Positions 24,300 to 33,571 of a stretch of DNA of 64,000 nucleotides are shown here, piece after piece. How positions within the stretch are numbered: the first letter of the stretch is position 1; every line of letters begins with the position of its first letter. Below the pieces are notes generated by a model that worked only from the letters and a program-made list of their open reading frames with translations, was not told the origin of the DNA and ran no database searches. This DNA is from Terracidiphilus sp. (GTDB lineage Bacteria > Acidobacteriota > Terriglobia > Terriglobales > Acidobacteriaceae), in NCBI GenBank assembly GCA_049509995.1, contig JBEKZJ010000030.1:12088-76087 (forward strand), read 5' to 3'. The translations under genes and the position numbers were made by a program.

Positions 24300-25790
24300 T
24301 CAGGCGCCGGCGTTTACGGGGGCAGGCGGATCGGCCTGGTGGCTGCGGGCAACTTTGACCATCTTGTTGCGCTGCGCGCGGAGCTTGAGGAAGGCCTTGG
24401 ACTCGACGTAGAGCCGGGGCAGATCGCGATTCACGAAGGCCTTCCAGACCACGCGGAAAGCGGCCTTGGGGCGGAAGTAGTACTCGTCGTAGAAGCGGTG
24501 GACCATTTCGAGGACGTAGTCGGTGGGCAGGCCGGGATATTCGATGTGGGCCATCTGGTGGCCGCCTTCATCGCTCATCGCCGCTGAATTCACGATGAAA
24601 CCGTTGGCCTTGGCGTAGTCGTAAAACTCGGTGCCGGGGTAGGCGTGGGCGATGGAGACCTGGAGGGTTTCAACGTCCAGCGACTTGGCGAAGTTGATGG
24701 TGTTGCGGATCGATTCCTTGGTTTCTCCGGGCAGGCCGAGGATGAAGTCGCCGTGAACGGTGAGGCCCAGGTCGTGGCAATCCTTGGCGAACTGGCGGGC
24801 GCGCTCGACGGTGGCGCCCTTCTTGATGTTCTTGAGGATCTGGGGGTCGCCGGACTCAAAGCCGACGATGAGCAGGCGGCAGCCGGCCTCCTTCATGGCC
24901 TTGAGGGTGTCGTAGTCGGTGGTGACGCGCGAGGTGCAGCTCCAGGTGAGGTTGAGGGGCTTCAGCTTTTCGCATAACTCGATGGTGCGGACCTTCTGGA
25001 TGTTGAAGGTGTCGTCGTCGAAGAAGAACTCCTTGACCTCGGGGAAGTTTTCCTTCGCCCATTTCAGCTCGGCGGCGACGTCGTCGGTGGATCGCTTGCG
25101 CCAGGCGTGGCCGCTGAGGGTCTGGGGCCAGAGGCAGAAGGTACACTGCGCGGGGCAACCGCGGGTGGAGTAGAGCGCGATGAAGGGATGAAGCAGGAAG
25201 GGGACGTTATAGCGGGTAACGTCCATGTCGCGCTTGTAGATTTTGGTGGCCCAGGGCATGGCGTCGAGGTCTTCGACCTGGGGACGGTCGGGATTGTGGA
25301 GGATCTTGCCGTCGAGCCTGTAGCTGATGCCGAGGATCTCGTTGAGGGGCTTGCCCTGGGCAAACTCGACCACGGAGTAGTCGAACTCGCGGCGGCAGAT
25401 GAAGTCCAGGGCGGCGCACTCGTTGAGGGCGCGTTCCGGGTCGGTGGTGACCGGCGGGCCGACGAAGGCGATGCGGATGGAGGGGTTGGCGGCCTTGATG
25501 GCCACGGCCAGGTGCTGGTCGCTCTTCCAGCCGACGGTGGAGGTGAAGAGGACAAGGAACTCGTAGTCCTTGCAGATCTTGATGGTTTCCGCGGCGGAGA
25601 CGTGGTGCGGGGGCGCATCCAGCAGGCGCGAACCCTCCAGCAGGCCTGCCGGGTAGGCGAGCCAGACGGGGTACCAGTAGGATTCAATCTCGCGCGTTGC
25701 GGGCCAGCGCGAACTCGCGCCACCGTCAAAGTTCTCGAACGAGGGCGGATTCAGTAACAGCGTTTTCAGGGGCATAGGCATCTCTTTCAT
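24300..25790 (-). CDS. hpnJ: Hopanoid biosynthesis radical SAM protein HpnJ (B12-binding class)
   Basis: N-terminus LLLNPPSFENFDGGASSRW and cluster motif CPAQCTFC. The internal ATG at 25775 (MPLKTLLL) may be the true start. Confidence 0.85.
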   Translation of the reverse strand: MKEMPMPLKTLLLNPPSFENFDGGASSRWPATREIESYWYPVWLAYPAGLLEGSRLLDAPPHHVSAAETIKICKDYEFLVLFTSTVGWKSDQHLAVAIKAANPSIRIAFVGPPVTTDPERALNECAALDFICRREFDYSVVEFAQGKPLNEILGISYRLDGKILHNPDRPQVEDLDAMPWATKIYKRDMDVTRYNVPFLLHPFIALYSTRGCPAQCTFCLWPQTLSGHAWRKRSTDDVAAELKWAKENFPEVKEFFFDDDTFNIQKVRTIELCEKLKPLNLTWSCTSRVTTDYDTLKAMKEAGCRLLIVGFESGDPQILKNIKKGATVERARQFAKDCHDLGLTVHGDFILGLPGETKESIRNTINFAKSLDVETLQVSIAHAYPGTEFYDYAKANGFIVNSAAMSDEGGHQMAHIEYPGLPTDYVLEMVHRFYDEYYFRPKAAFRVVWKAFVNRDLPRLYVESKAFLKLRAQRNKMVKVARSHQADPPAPVNAGA

Positions 25791-25799
25791 TCTACCATT

Positions 25800-25815
25800 C
25801 CGTCTATTTAGACGG
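25800..25815. promoter_or_regulatory. Inverted repeat just upstream of hpnJ (candidate operator)
   Basis: CCGTCTA-TT-TAGACGG lies 10 nt from the hpnJ ORF start. A TAGAAT-like -10 is adjacent on the minus strand. Function unproven. Confidence 0.25.
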
Positions 25816-26410
25816 GTGTTATTCGGGTATTTGGTCTAGATGAATATCAACCCTGAGACTGCGGGAGGCTCCGCTGAGGATGGCAGCTCTTAGAACCTGT
25901 CCAAGGACTCGCGGGCAGCGCCCGCACGGGAGCAGAGGGCGAGCATGGCCGGGAGAGCGCAAGCAGCAGGGGGTTGCCGTTTGTTGCACTTTATATACGG
26001 CCCCCCTACCCCCCCCGTCTCTGGAAGGAAATTCCTTGTTTTCAGTGGGTTACGACAGGGGTTTCGCTCCAAATTCTTGATTCGAAACGAGTTATTTGCA
26101 GAATATAGACGTTAAAGGAGTTATGCCGCTTTTTCGGTATCCGGGCGATCTTCGCATCCCACATTCCGGGAGACGAGGCCCCCCTCCTTGCGCGCCTGCC
26201 TGCGCGCAGCTTCCTGACCTGTGCTTCGCATGGTGAAACTCACCAACTTTGCTGTCGGGCTATATCGCCCTATTCAATTCACATTGTGCACCGTAGGCAC
26301 ATAATTTACTGCAAAAGGTTAGCCGCTTTCCGGATGCGATGGGGAAAGTACCCTGGGATGAAGCACCGTATCCGGCTTTGCAGGTTTTTGGAAAGGTTCT
26401 TAAGGACTAC

Positions 26411-26575
26411 ACAGGTTGCGGAAAAGCCCCAAAGGTATGGCGAAACCTGAAAGAAACCTTCCCTCAGGGGCTAAAGCCCTGTTCATTCCATTGGCTTTAT
26501 CGGCACGGCTCAAGCCGTGCCCTTTCAAAACAACGGCGGAAACGAGTTGCGGAAACGAGTTTTTCCGCAACCTGT
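26411..26575. repeat. MITE-like unit: perfect 15-bp terminal inverted repeats enclosing a TCAA-loop hairpin repeat (family copy 2)
   Basis: ACAGGTTGCGGAAAA (26411-26425) and TTTTCCGCAACCTGT (26561-26575). The internal hairpin is GGCACGGC-TCAA-GCCGTGCC at 26502-26521. Confidence 0.55.
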
Positions 26576-26669
26576 AAAGCCCGTACCCTTCGCCCAGGAC
26601 CGAGTTATTGGACAGGTTCTTATATTCATCAAGCATTTACAGGCAGGCCATATGGCGATGAATCCTGGT

Positions 26670-28031
26670 CTATTTTCCGTGCAGTTCGTGGAGCCAGTCT
26701 TCCATGTGGCCGAGGGCGCGGAGCAGACTTAGCCGGGCCTTTGCGAGGTCGAAACCGGCGTCCAACGCGTCCTGATACTTCTGGCGCTCGTCGATGCGAG
26801 CCAGTTGCTCTGCTTTGGGGGAGAGTTGCGGCTGGGCGGTTGGACCGGTTCCGGATCCGTTTCCCAGCTCCAGTTGCGCGAGTACGGATTTGAGCTGTTC
26901 ATCGGCGATCTGCCGCTTCAGGCCGGCAACTTCGGCCAGAGCGTCCAGCTCGCGCAGGCTGCCGGTGAGGGTGGCAATCTGGACGTCGTTCTGGCGCTGG
27001 GCCTGTTCGATTTCCACGGTCGCGCGCAGGGCTTCAGCCGCGGTTTCCTTGGCCTTGGCGCGAAGGGCAAAGTCAAAAAAAGGAAACGTGATCTGGAGGC
27101 CGAAGCTAACGTTGTTGGGGGTGAAGTTCTTGTAGTAGGTGCTGTAGCTGTTCAGCTCATTTGAGTCGTAGTTGTAGACGGCTCCGAATCCGATCTGGGG
27201 CCGGCGCCACGCCAGGTCGTCTCCCCTGGCCTGGAGTTGCTTGGAGCGCGCGAGTGCGGCGGCGGCTTCGATTCCGGGGAGGCTGCGCGGAGCTTGATCG
27301 GCGGTGACGGCGGGAATCTCAGGGATGCTGGCGTGGTCCGGGAGGACGGAGCCGACGGGCAGGCCGGTGAGAACTGCAAGTTGCTTGGCCAGCGTCACGG
27401 CGCGGGATTCAAGACGAACCCGCTGAAGCTTGAGCTCGGCGGCTTTTAGGCGGGCTTGCCACAGGTCCAAGTCGGAGTCGACGCCGGCTTCGGAGCGCTG
27501 TTGCTCGATCCGGAGGAGGTTGCCGACAAAGGATTCCTGCTGGCGGGCAGCGTCGAGTTCGCGATTGACGGTGTCCAACTCAATGTAGGTCGTGGAGGCG
27601 TCGAGAGCCACCTGTTCACGGGCATCGTTGAGGCTCAGGTTGGCGGCGTCAATCCCGGCGTGGGCAGCTTTGGAGTATTGGCGCTGGGAATAGCTGAAAA
27701 CCAGCGACTGCATGGTGGCGCTTCCAACGGAAGGCTGGCCGGTGGGGAAGCCATGTGAGTATCCGACATTGGAACCGATCACGAAATTGGGGATATACGC
27801 GTCCAGGGTCTGGGCGAGAGCGGCTTGTGCCCTTTGGACATCGGCTTCGGCGAGCTTGACGGCGCTGGAGTTGCGCTGGGCCAGGTCTACCACCGTGGCC
27901 AGCGAGACCTGGGCCGGCGCGAGGGTGGGCGCAGCCGCAAGCGCAACTGCTAGAAGGATTGGCGCGGGAAGGACTGGCGGCCAGGCCGAGCGCGGATTGT
28001 GAGCGATCTTCACGCGGATTTTTCCAGTCAA
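26670..28031 (-). CDS. TolC-family outer-membrane efflux protein
   Basis: 453 aa. Signal peptide and a two-fold repeated coiled-coil/beta pattern typical of outer-membrane factor proteins. Confidence 0.8.
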   Translation of the reverse strand: MTGKIRVKIAHNPRSAWPPVLPAPILLAVALAAAPTLAPAQVSLATVVDLAQRNSSAVKLAEADVQRAQAALAQTLDAYIPNFVIGSNVGYSHGFPTGQPSVGSATMQSLVFSYSQRQYSKAAHAGIDAANLSLNDAREQVALDASTTYIELDTVNRELDAARQQESFVGNLLRIEQQRSEAGVDSDLDLWQARLKAAELKLQRVRLESRAVTLAKQLAVLTGLPVGSVLPDHASIPEIPAVTADQAPRSLPGIEAAAALARSKQLQARGDDLAWRRPQIGFGAVYNYDSNELNSYSTYYKNFTPNNVSFGLQITFPFFDFALRAKAKETAAEALRATVEIEQAQRQNDVQIATLTGSLRELDALAEVAGLKRQIADEQLKSVLAQLELGNGSGTGPTAQPQLSPKAEQLARIDERQKYQDALDAGFDLAKARLSLLRALGHMEDWLHELHGK

Positions 28032-29047
28032 TTTCTGGCTTCCTGGGGTCTGGTTTGCTGTGCGGGCTTGTATTCATGGGCCAGGGCGAGAGCCGCGGCG
28101 CGTTCGCGATCTGCGGCGGCGGGGTCGCCGAGCTGATCTTCGAGGCGGGCCAGGCGGATGTGGGCGATAAACGCCGGGGCTTCCTCGGTTTTTGCGGAGC
28201 CGGCCAGATAATCATCGAGCATTTTGGCGGCCAGCGCCGGGTCGCGGTTGGATTCGGCGAGCAGGCCGGCGCCGTCATAGAGCGCAACAGCTGCGTGCTT
28301 GTCATGCGCGGTTGCGCCGATGAGGCTGCGCACTGCCGATTCCATCTCATCGAAGCGCTTGCGGCGGGAATAGAAGCCGGCCAGGGTGGTCCACTGGAGG
28401 GCGGGATGCGCACCGGCCGCGACGGCCTGCTTGAACTCCTGCTCCGCGGTGGCGTAGTCCTTGCGTTGCTCGGCAATGCGTCCGCGAAGTTCATGCGCGC
28501 GCGCCGGGTCCACCTTGTCCAGTTGAGCGGCGATGGCCTGAGCTTTTTCAATGCCTCCGCCGACCACTCCGGGGGCCTGGCGGTAAAAATCGCCCAGGTC
28601 GGCCAGGGCTTCAGCATTGCGGGGATTGAGGCGCGCGGACTCTTCAAACTCGGCACGGGTCCGCTTGGCGAGGGAAAAGGCGCTGAGGAAGGAGGCGCGG
28701 GCAGCCTTCTCGCCCAGGGCGCGGCCGAGCCAGAGGTGATAGTCGGAGTTTTGGCCGTCGAGGCGGACAGCCTGGTCGCACTCGGCTACGGCGGCATCCC
28801 ACTGCTCGAGGGTGAAGCGCACGCGGCATTGAAGATTGTGCGCCTCTGCCAGGCTGGCGCTGGAGGGGGGAAGAGAGTTGAGCAGAGCCAGGGCCTTGTC
28901 CGCCTCACCGGCTTGCAATGCGAGGTTGGCCTGGGCCAGGGACTGGGCCAATGGCGACCTGGGGGCCTGCGCGGACGCTGTAATGGTGACGGCTGCCGCC
29001 AGCAACCCTGCCGGCAGTCCACCCACCGCAAGGGGCAATCGCATCAC
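28028..29047 (-). CDS. Secreted TPR-repeat protein
   Basis: Signal peptide followed by consecutive TPR-like Ala/Leu/Tyr-patterned repeats. 4-nt overlaps with both neighbouring genes. Confidence 0.7.
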   Translation of the reverse strand: MMRLPLAVGGLPAGLLAAAVTITASAQAPRSPLAQSLAQANLALQAGEADKALALLNSLPPSSASLAEAHNLQCRVRFTLEQWDAAVAECDQAVRLDGQNSDYHLWLGRALGEKAARASFLSAFSLAKRTRAEFEESARLNPRNAEALADLGDFYRQAPGVVGGGIEKAQAIAAQLDKVDPARAHELRGRIAEQRKDYATAEQEFKQAVAAGAHPALQWTTLAGFYSRRKRFDEMESAVRSLIGATAHDKHAAVALYDGAGLLAESNRDPALAAKMLDDYLAGSAKTEEAPAFIAHIRLARLEDQLGDPAAADRERAAALALAHEYKPAQQTRPQEARN

Positions 29048-30282
29048 CGCACAACCTTGATTGGAACGCCCTCCTGCAAGGGCAGTCCATTGGTTGTCCC
29101 AGTGGCCACAATGTCTCCCTCCTGCAGTCCGGAAAGGATGGGCGCCAGGATCAGATTGGGAATTCCGATGGTTACCGGGGTTCGTACCAGCCCGTTGCCA
29201 ACCACCTTGTAGACGTAGGGTTTTCCGTTCTCAACGTGGAGCGCATCGCGGGGCACACTGAGGGCGTTGGGCTCGCTGGAGGTGGTGACGGTTACGGTGA
29301 CGTTGGTATCCGGCAGGAGATCGCCGTCGGCGCCGTCGATGTCGATGAGCACTTCACCAACGGTGCGCGTGCCGTAAATGATCACCGTTGAGGGGGTGCG
29401 AACAATGTGGCCCTGCCACACACGGCCGGGCTTGGCGTCCCACTTGATCTGAACCTTCTGGCCGACGGCCAGTTGGCCGATGTCGGGCTCGTCGAAGTAG
29501 GCCATCACGTGCACATGGTGCAGGTCAGCCACCTGCAGCAGCAGCTTACCCTCCTCGGCAAACTCGGTGCGCCCGGTATTGAGACTGTAAACCGTTCCGG
29601 CCAGGGCAGCGCGCGGGGCTGTCTTGGCCAACACATCCCGTGCCGCGGCCAGATTGGCTTCCGCGTCGGCGAGCTCTGCCTGCGCCCGCGCCACCTCAGC
29701 CGGCGAGTAGCGGCTGTGTGAACTCTGATCGGATGCGTGCAGGGCAACTTCGGCTGAATCCAGCCGCTGTTGGGCAGCGGCCACCTCGCTGGCCGAGGCC
29801 GCGCCTATGGATTGGAGCCTGGTGAGCGCATCCAGGTCGTGGCGGGCCTGATCGCGGTCGATGCGGGCACGGGCAACGTCGGCCGCTACCCCCTGGCGCT
29901 CTTGCAGGGTTCCGTTGTGGGTGGCCGCTTCCACGGCGGCCTGGGCTGTCTTGACGCCGCTTTCGGCGGTTGCCACACGGGCGCGCGCCTGCACGTCGTC
30001 CAGTTCCAACAGGAGCTTGCCGGCCGGGACCTGGTCGCCCTGCTGCACATAGAGCGCCTTGACGATGGCCGGGATGGGGCTGTGAACCTCGTCGTTGACC
30101 ACCGGCTCGACGTGCCCGTTGGTGCTGACGGTGTTCGCCATTGGCTGGTGGCTCACCCGCGCCTCACGCACCGGCAGCCGATCCCGCATGAAGTAGCGCG
30201 CCGCGAAGAAGACGATGATAATCAGGATGGCCGCGCCCAGCCAAAGCCAGAGCCGTCCCGTTTGCTTTCTCTGTTCTGCCAT
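29044..30282 (-). CDS. HlyD/MacA-type periplasmic adaptor (membrane fusion protein)
   Basis: N-terminal TM anchor, lipoyl-like halves, a long Ala/Gln/Arg coiled-coil hairpin and a beta-barrel C-terminus. Start at ATG 30282 (MAEQRKQTGRLWLWLGAAIL). Confidence 0.8.
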   Translation of the reverse strand: MAEQRKQTGRLWLWLGAAILIIIVFFAARYFMRDRLPVREARVSHQPMANTVSTNGHVEPVVNDEVHSPIPAIVKALYVQQGDQVPAGKLLLELDDVQARARVATAESGVKTAQAAVEAATHNGTLQERQGVAADVARARIDRDQARHDLDALTRLQSIGAASASEVAAAQQRLDSAEVALHASDQSSHSRYSPAEVARAQAELADAEANLAAARDVLAKTAPRAALAGTVYSLNTGRTEFAEEGKLLLQVADLHHVHVMAYFDEPDIGQLAVGQKVQIKWDAKPGRVWQGHIVRTPSTVIIYGTRTVGEVLIDIDGADGDLLPDTNVTVTVTTSSEPNALSVPRDALHVENGKPYVYKVVGNGLVRTPVTIGIPNLILAPILSGLQEGDIVATGTTNGLPLQEGVPIKVVR

Positions 30283-30390
30283 GCACTTAACCAGAGTCAG
30301 TATATAGGACTCAAAAAAGGCTTCGGAGGAGCAGAAAAATGCAAGAGGAGCATAACTGGTTAGCGGTCGCCAGGCTCGTACAATGAGAAT

Positions 30391-30789
30391 ATGGCTCTGG
30401 GACCGCGCTATACCGACGAACACGCCAAGGCTGGGCTGGACTTTGCCTTTCCGGCGATCGAGACCTGGCAGAACCAGTTTCCCGGCTATGAAATATCGAT
30501 CGACGACCCGGAGCTGACTTCGGTTTGCCCGAAGACGGGGCTGCCGGATTTCGGCGTGCTGACCATCCGGTATATGCCGCGGGACCGGTGTCTGGAGCTG
30601 AAATCGCTGAAAGAGTACCTGTTCAGTTACCGCAATCTTGGAATTTTCCAGGAAAACATCGTGAATAAGGTTCTGGAAGACGTGGTGAAGGCGTGCGACC
30701 CGGTGTGGGCGGTGGTGAAGGGCGAGTTCCGGCCGCGGGGCGGGATTGGGACAACCGTGGAAGCGCGCTGGCCACGGCCGGCAATGTAG
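30391..30789 (+). CDS. queF: NADPH-dependent 7-cyano-7-deazaguanine (preQ0) reductase QueF, unimodular type
   Basis: Catalytic Cys context SVCPKTGLPDFG and QueF motif ELKSLKEYLFSYR. Confidence 0.9.
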   Translation: MALGPRYTDEHAKAGLDFAFPAIETWQNQFPGYEISIDDPELTSVCPKTGLPDFGVLTIRYMPRDRCLELKSLKEYLFSYRNLGIFQENIVNKVLEDVVKACDPVWAVVKGEFRPRGGIGTTVEARWPRPAM

Positions 30790-30873
30790 GGTCGCTCATA
30801 AAGAGGTGGGTCTTCGGCAGCCAGTTGTGATATTCGTGTAAGCTCGCACGGGATATCCGCGAGATAAGACCTT

Positions 30874-32112
30874 TTGCCCACTTTGCCCAAGACGTTTCGC
30901 ACGCGCATTAACCCCGCTGTGGGGACGCTGGTGCTGCTGATCGGGCTGAATCTTCTGAATTATATTGACCGCTATATTCTGCCGGGCGCGCAGCCGCTGA
31001 TCCAGCGGGAGTTTCACGCGACCGATGAGCAGATGGGCGCGCTGACGACGGCGCTGTTTTTCTTCTACATGTTTGCGGCGCCGGCGACGGGCTGGCTGGG
31101 AGACCACTTTCGGCGCAAGCCGCTGATTATTGCCGGGGCGGTGCTGTGGAGCGTGGCTACGCTGGGGACGGCCTGGGTTCACGACTACCGGACTCTGTTC
31201 ATCCGCCATGCGCTGGTGGGGGTGGGCGAGGCCACGTTCGGCATCTTTGCGCCGGCGGTGCTGGCCGATTTCTACCCGGAACGGGATCGCAACCGGATCC
31301 TGTCGATTTTCTATCTGGCGATTCCGGTGGGCGCGGCGCTGGGCTACCTGGCGGGCGGGGAACTGGGGACGCTTTGGGGTTGGCGGGCGCCGTTCTTCCT
31401 CTGCGCGATTCCGGGGCTGGCGATTGCGGCGCTGTACGGGTGGATGGGCCGCGAGCCTGAGCGCGGAGCGAGCGACCATGTGCGTGCTACGGCCAAACGC
31501 AGCACGGTGCTGGGGCTGTTCAAGAATCCGGCGTTTCTCGCGGCGACTTTTGGCCTCGCGACGCTGACGTTTGCGATGGGCGGCATTTCGGCGTGGATGC
31601 CCACGTTTCTGCACCGGTCCGCGGGGCTCTCAGTAGGCGACGCCAGCCTGGCCGTGGGTGCGATTACGGTGGTGGACGGGATTGCGGGAACGCTGGTAGG
31701 CGGCTGGGTTGCGCAGCGCTGGCTAAGGACCAATTACCGGGCGTTGTATCTGCTGTCTTTCTGGAGCGTGGCGCTGACGCTGCCGTGCGGCGTGGTGGTG
31801 TTTTTCGGGCCGAGGGCGTGGGCCATTCCCGCGCTGTTTGTTACCGAGTTTTTTCTCTTCCTGAATACAGGACCACTGAACGCGGCGATCGTGAACTCGG
31901 TTTCGGCTCCGGTGCGGGCGACGGCGATTTCATTCAATCTGTTTTGCATCCACTTTTTTGGGGATTCGTTTTCGCCGCAGATTATCGGGGCGATCTCCGA
32001 CCGGTCGAATCTGCGCATTGGGCTGGGGGTTACGCTGATTTTTCTGGTCATCTCGAGCGTGATTCTGCGCATGGGGGCGCGGTTTGCACCGCCGCTGGAA
32101 GAGACGGGCTGA
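30874..32112 (+). CDS. MFS transporter
   Basis: 412 aa with about 12 hydrophobic segments. N-terminus (LLNYIDRYILPG) is typical of MFS_1/spinster-like proteins. Confidence 0.8.
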   Translation: MPTLPKTFRTRINPAVGTLVLLIGLNLLNYIDRYILPGAQPLIQREFHATDEQMGALTTALFFFYMFAAPATGWLGDHFRRKPLIIAGAVLWSVATLGTAWVHDYRTLFIRHALVGVGEATFGIFAPAVLADFYPERDRNRILSIFYLAIPVGAALGYLAGGELGTLWGWRAPFFLCAIPGLAIAALYGWMGREPERGASDHVRATAKRSTVLGLFKNPAFLAATFGLATLTFAMGGISAWMPTFLHRSAGLSVGDASLAVGAITVVDGIAGTLVGGWVAQRWLRTNYRALYLLSFWSVALTLPCGVVVFFGPRAWAIPALFVTEFFLFLNTGPLNAAIVNSVSAPVRATAISFNLFCIHFFGDSFSPQIIGAISDRSNLRIGLGVTLIFLVISSVILRMGARFAPPLEETG

Positions 32113-32150
32113 TTTTCGGTTTGCGGTAGTGGCGGCAACTTGCGGAGAGC

Positions 32151-32672
32151 TTACTTTGCCGGCCGGGTTTCCTGGTCGCGGGTGTTCATGAAGGCGCGGC
32201 CAGCGCCCTGGGAGCGGAGGTTGGGGTCGTTGACGGGCGGGCGGGACTGGTCGGCGTTGAAACCTCGGACGAGTTTGGGGTTGGGCTTGAATTTGGGCGG
32301 GCCGCCGAAGAACTGGCGGGCGTGGCTGAGGACCATTCCGGCACGGCCGTGCATGGGCTGGACGATGCCGCGGACCTGCACGTCCATGTCGCGGTATTTG
32401 CGGAGTTCGCCGACTTCGTCGTGGTCTTCCCAGAGACTGATGATGGTGAAGCGGCAGGCTTCGTCGGGAGTCTGCGGCGTACAGACGTCGAGGAAGCGGG
32501 TTCCGTCGGGGATCTGGACCACGTCATAGACGTGGGCGGTGACGCAGACGTCCTTGTTGAGGAGCTTGGAGGCTTGGTCGGCAGTGAGGCAGGGCTTTTG
32601 CGGGGCGGCAAGGGCCAAGACGGGTGTAGACGCGGCCAGAAGCACGAACCAGGACAGCCGACGAGCGAGCAT
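32151..32672 (-). CDS. Hypothetical secreted protein
   Basis: Signal peptide MLARRLSWFVLLAASTPVLALAAP. No motif I recognise. Coding-like codon usage. Confidence 0.55.
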   Translation of the reverse strand: MLARRLSWFVLLAASTPVLALAAPQKPCLTADQASKLLNKDVCVTAHVYDVVQIPDGTRFLDVCTPQTPDEACRFTIISLWEDHDEVGELRKYRDMDVQVRGIVQPMHGRAGMVLSHARQFFGGPPKFKPNPKLVRGFNADQSRPPVNDPNLRSQGAGRAFMNTRDQETRPAK

Positions 32673-32792
32673 AGTGGCTCTTTCCGGGGAGTGTGGAGAG
32701 AATAGCGCGAAATGGGCTGTAAGGGAAGCGAATTTATACCCTATCCGATCCAGAATGGATATACAATAGAGCCGTATATCTGGAGGTGCGCT

Positions 32793-33101
32793 TTGAAGTT
32801 CGCAAAATGGGGAAACAGTGTCGCTATCCGAGTTCCCGCCAAAGTGGTCGCGGAACTTGGGATTTCTCCCGACGAGGAGGCTCAGATCAGAGTGACCGGG
32901 GAATACTCCTTTGAGGTCACGCGCGACCGCAGGCGCGAGGAAGCGATCGAGGCGATCCGCAAGCTGGCCCGGCCGCTTCCGCCGGGGTACAAGTTCAATC
33001 GCGACGAGATTTATGACCGTTATGAACGTGGAGTGATGCGACGCCAGGAATCGAGCCTTGAATCGAACCCGGAATCGAACCGGGAGCAGGATGCGCGGTG
33101 A
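32793..33101 (+). CDS. vapB: AbrB/SpoVT-fold antitoxin (VapB-type)
   Basis: KWGNSVAIRVPAKV swapped-hairpin motif. TTG start at 32793, 6 nt after SD GGAGG. Its stop overlaps the vapC GTG (GTGA). Confidence 0.75.
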   Translation: MKFAKWGNSVAIRVPAKVVAELGISPDEEAQIRVTGEYSFEVTRDRRREEAIEAIRKLARPLPPGYKFNRDEIYDRYERGVMRRQESSLESNPESNREQDAR

Positions 33102-33511
33102 GCGCCGACAGGTTTTTGGACACGAACGTTCTGGTCTATGCCAACAGCCAAGGGGATTCTCGAGCGGCTACCGCGAGACAGTTGTTGCTTGATGGCGGAG
33201 TGGTTGGAGTGCAGGTGCTGAATGAGTTTGCGTCGGTTGCGCGGGCCAAACTTTCCATGACATGGGCGGAAGTTCAAGAGACGATCGAAAACATCGTGAT
33301 TCTCTGCCCGAACCCCAGACCCCTGGGCATCGAGACACACCTGCATGCTCTGAGCATAAGCAAGAGATATGGGTTTTCCATCTGGGATGGTTTGATCGTG
33401 GCTGCGGCAGCCGAGGCCCGCTGCTCGAAGCTACTGACAGAGGATTTGCAGCATGGGCAGGTGGTGGAGGGGGTGCGGATTGAGAATCCGTTTCTTGCAG
33501 CGGGAACTTGA
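33098..33511 (+). CDS. vapC: PIN-domain ribonuclease toxin VapC
   Basis: N-terminal FLDTNVLVYA plus further conserved acidic positions. 137 aa. Coupled to vapB. Confidence 0.85.
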   Translation: MSADRFLDTNVLVYANSQGDSRAATARQLLLDGGVVGVQVLNEFASVARAKLSMTWAEVQETIENIVILCPNPRPLGIETHLHALSISKRYGFSIWDGLIVAAAAEARCSKLLTEDLQHGQVVEGVRIENPFLAAGT

Positions 33512-33571
33512 GTCTCCTGGATTGAGTTACCAACGCTTTCGAGAACCCGAGTGTTGCTCCGAAGGAGTGCA

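Noticed and set aside
26001-26016. C6-TA-C8 homopolymer tracts (possible phase-variation switch)
   Set aside because: They are not positioned in or just upstream of any ORF start or between recognisable -35/-10 boxes. A slippage switch has no target gene here.
26339-26893. 184-aa plus-strand ORF spanning the hpnJ-TolC gap
   Set aside because: Its first half is translation of the MITE-like repeat, and its second half is antisense to the 3' end of the TolC gene. There is no SD and no motifs.
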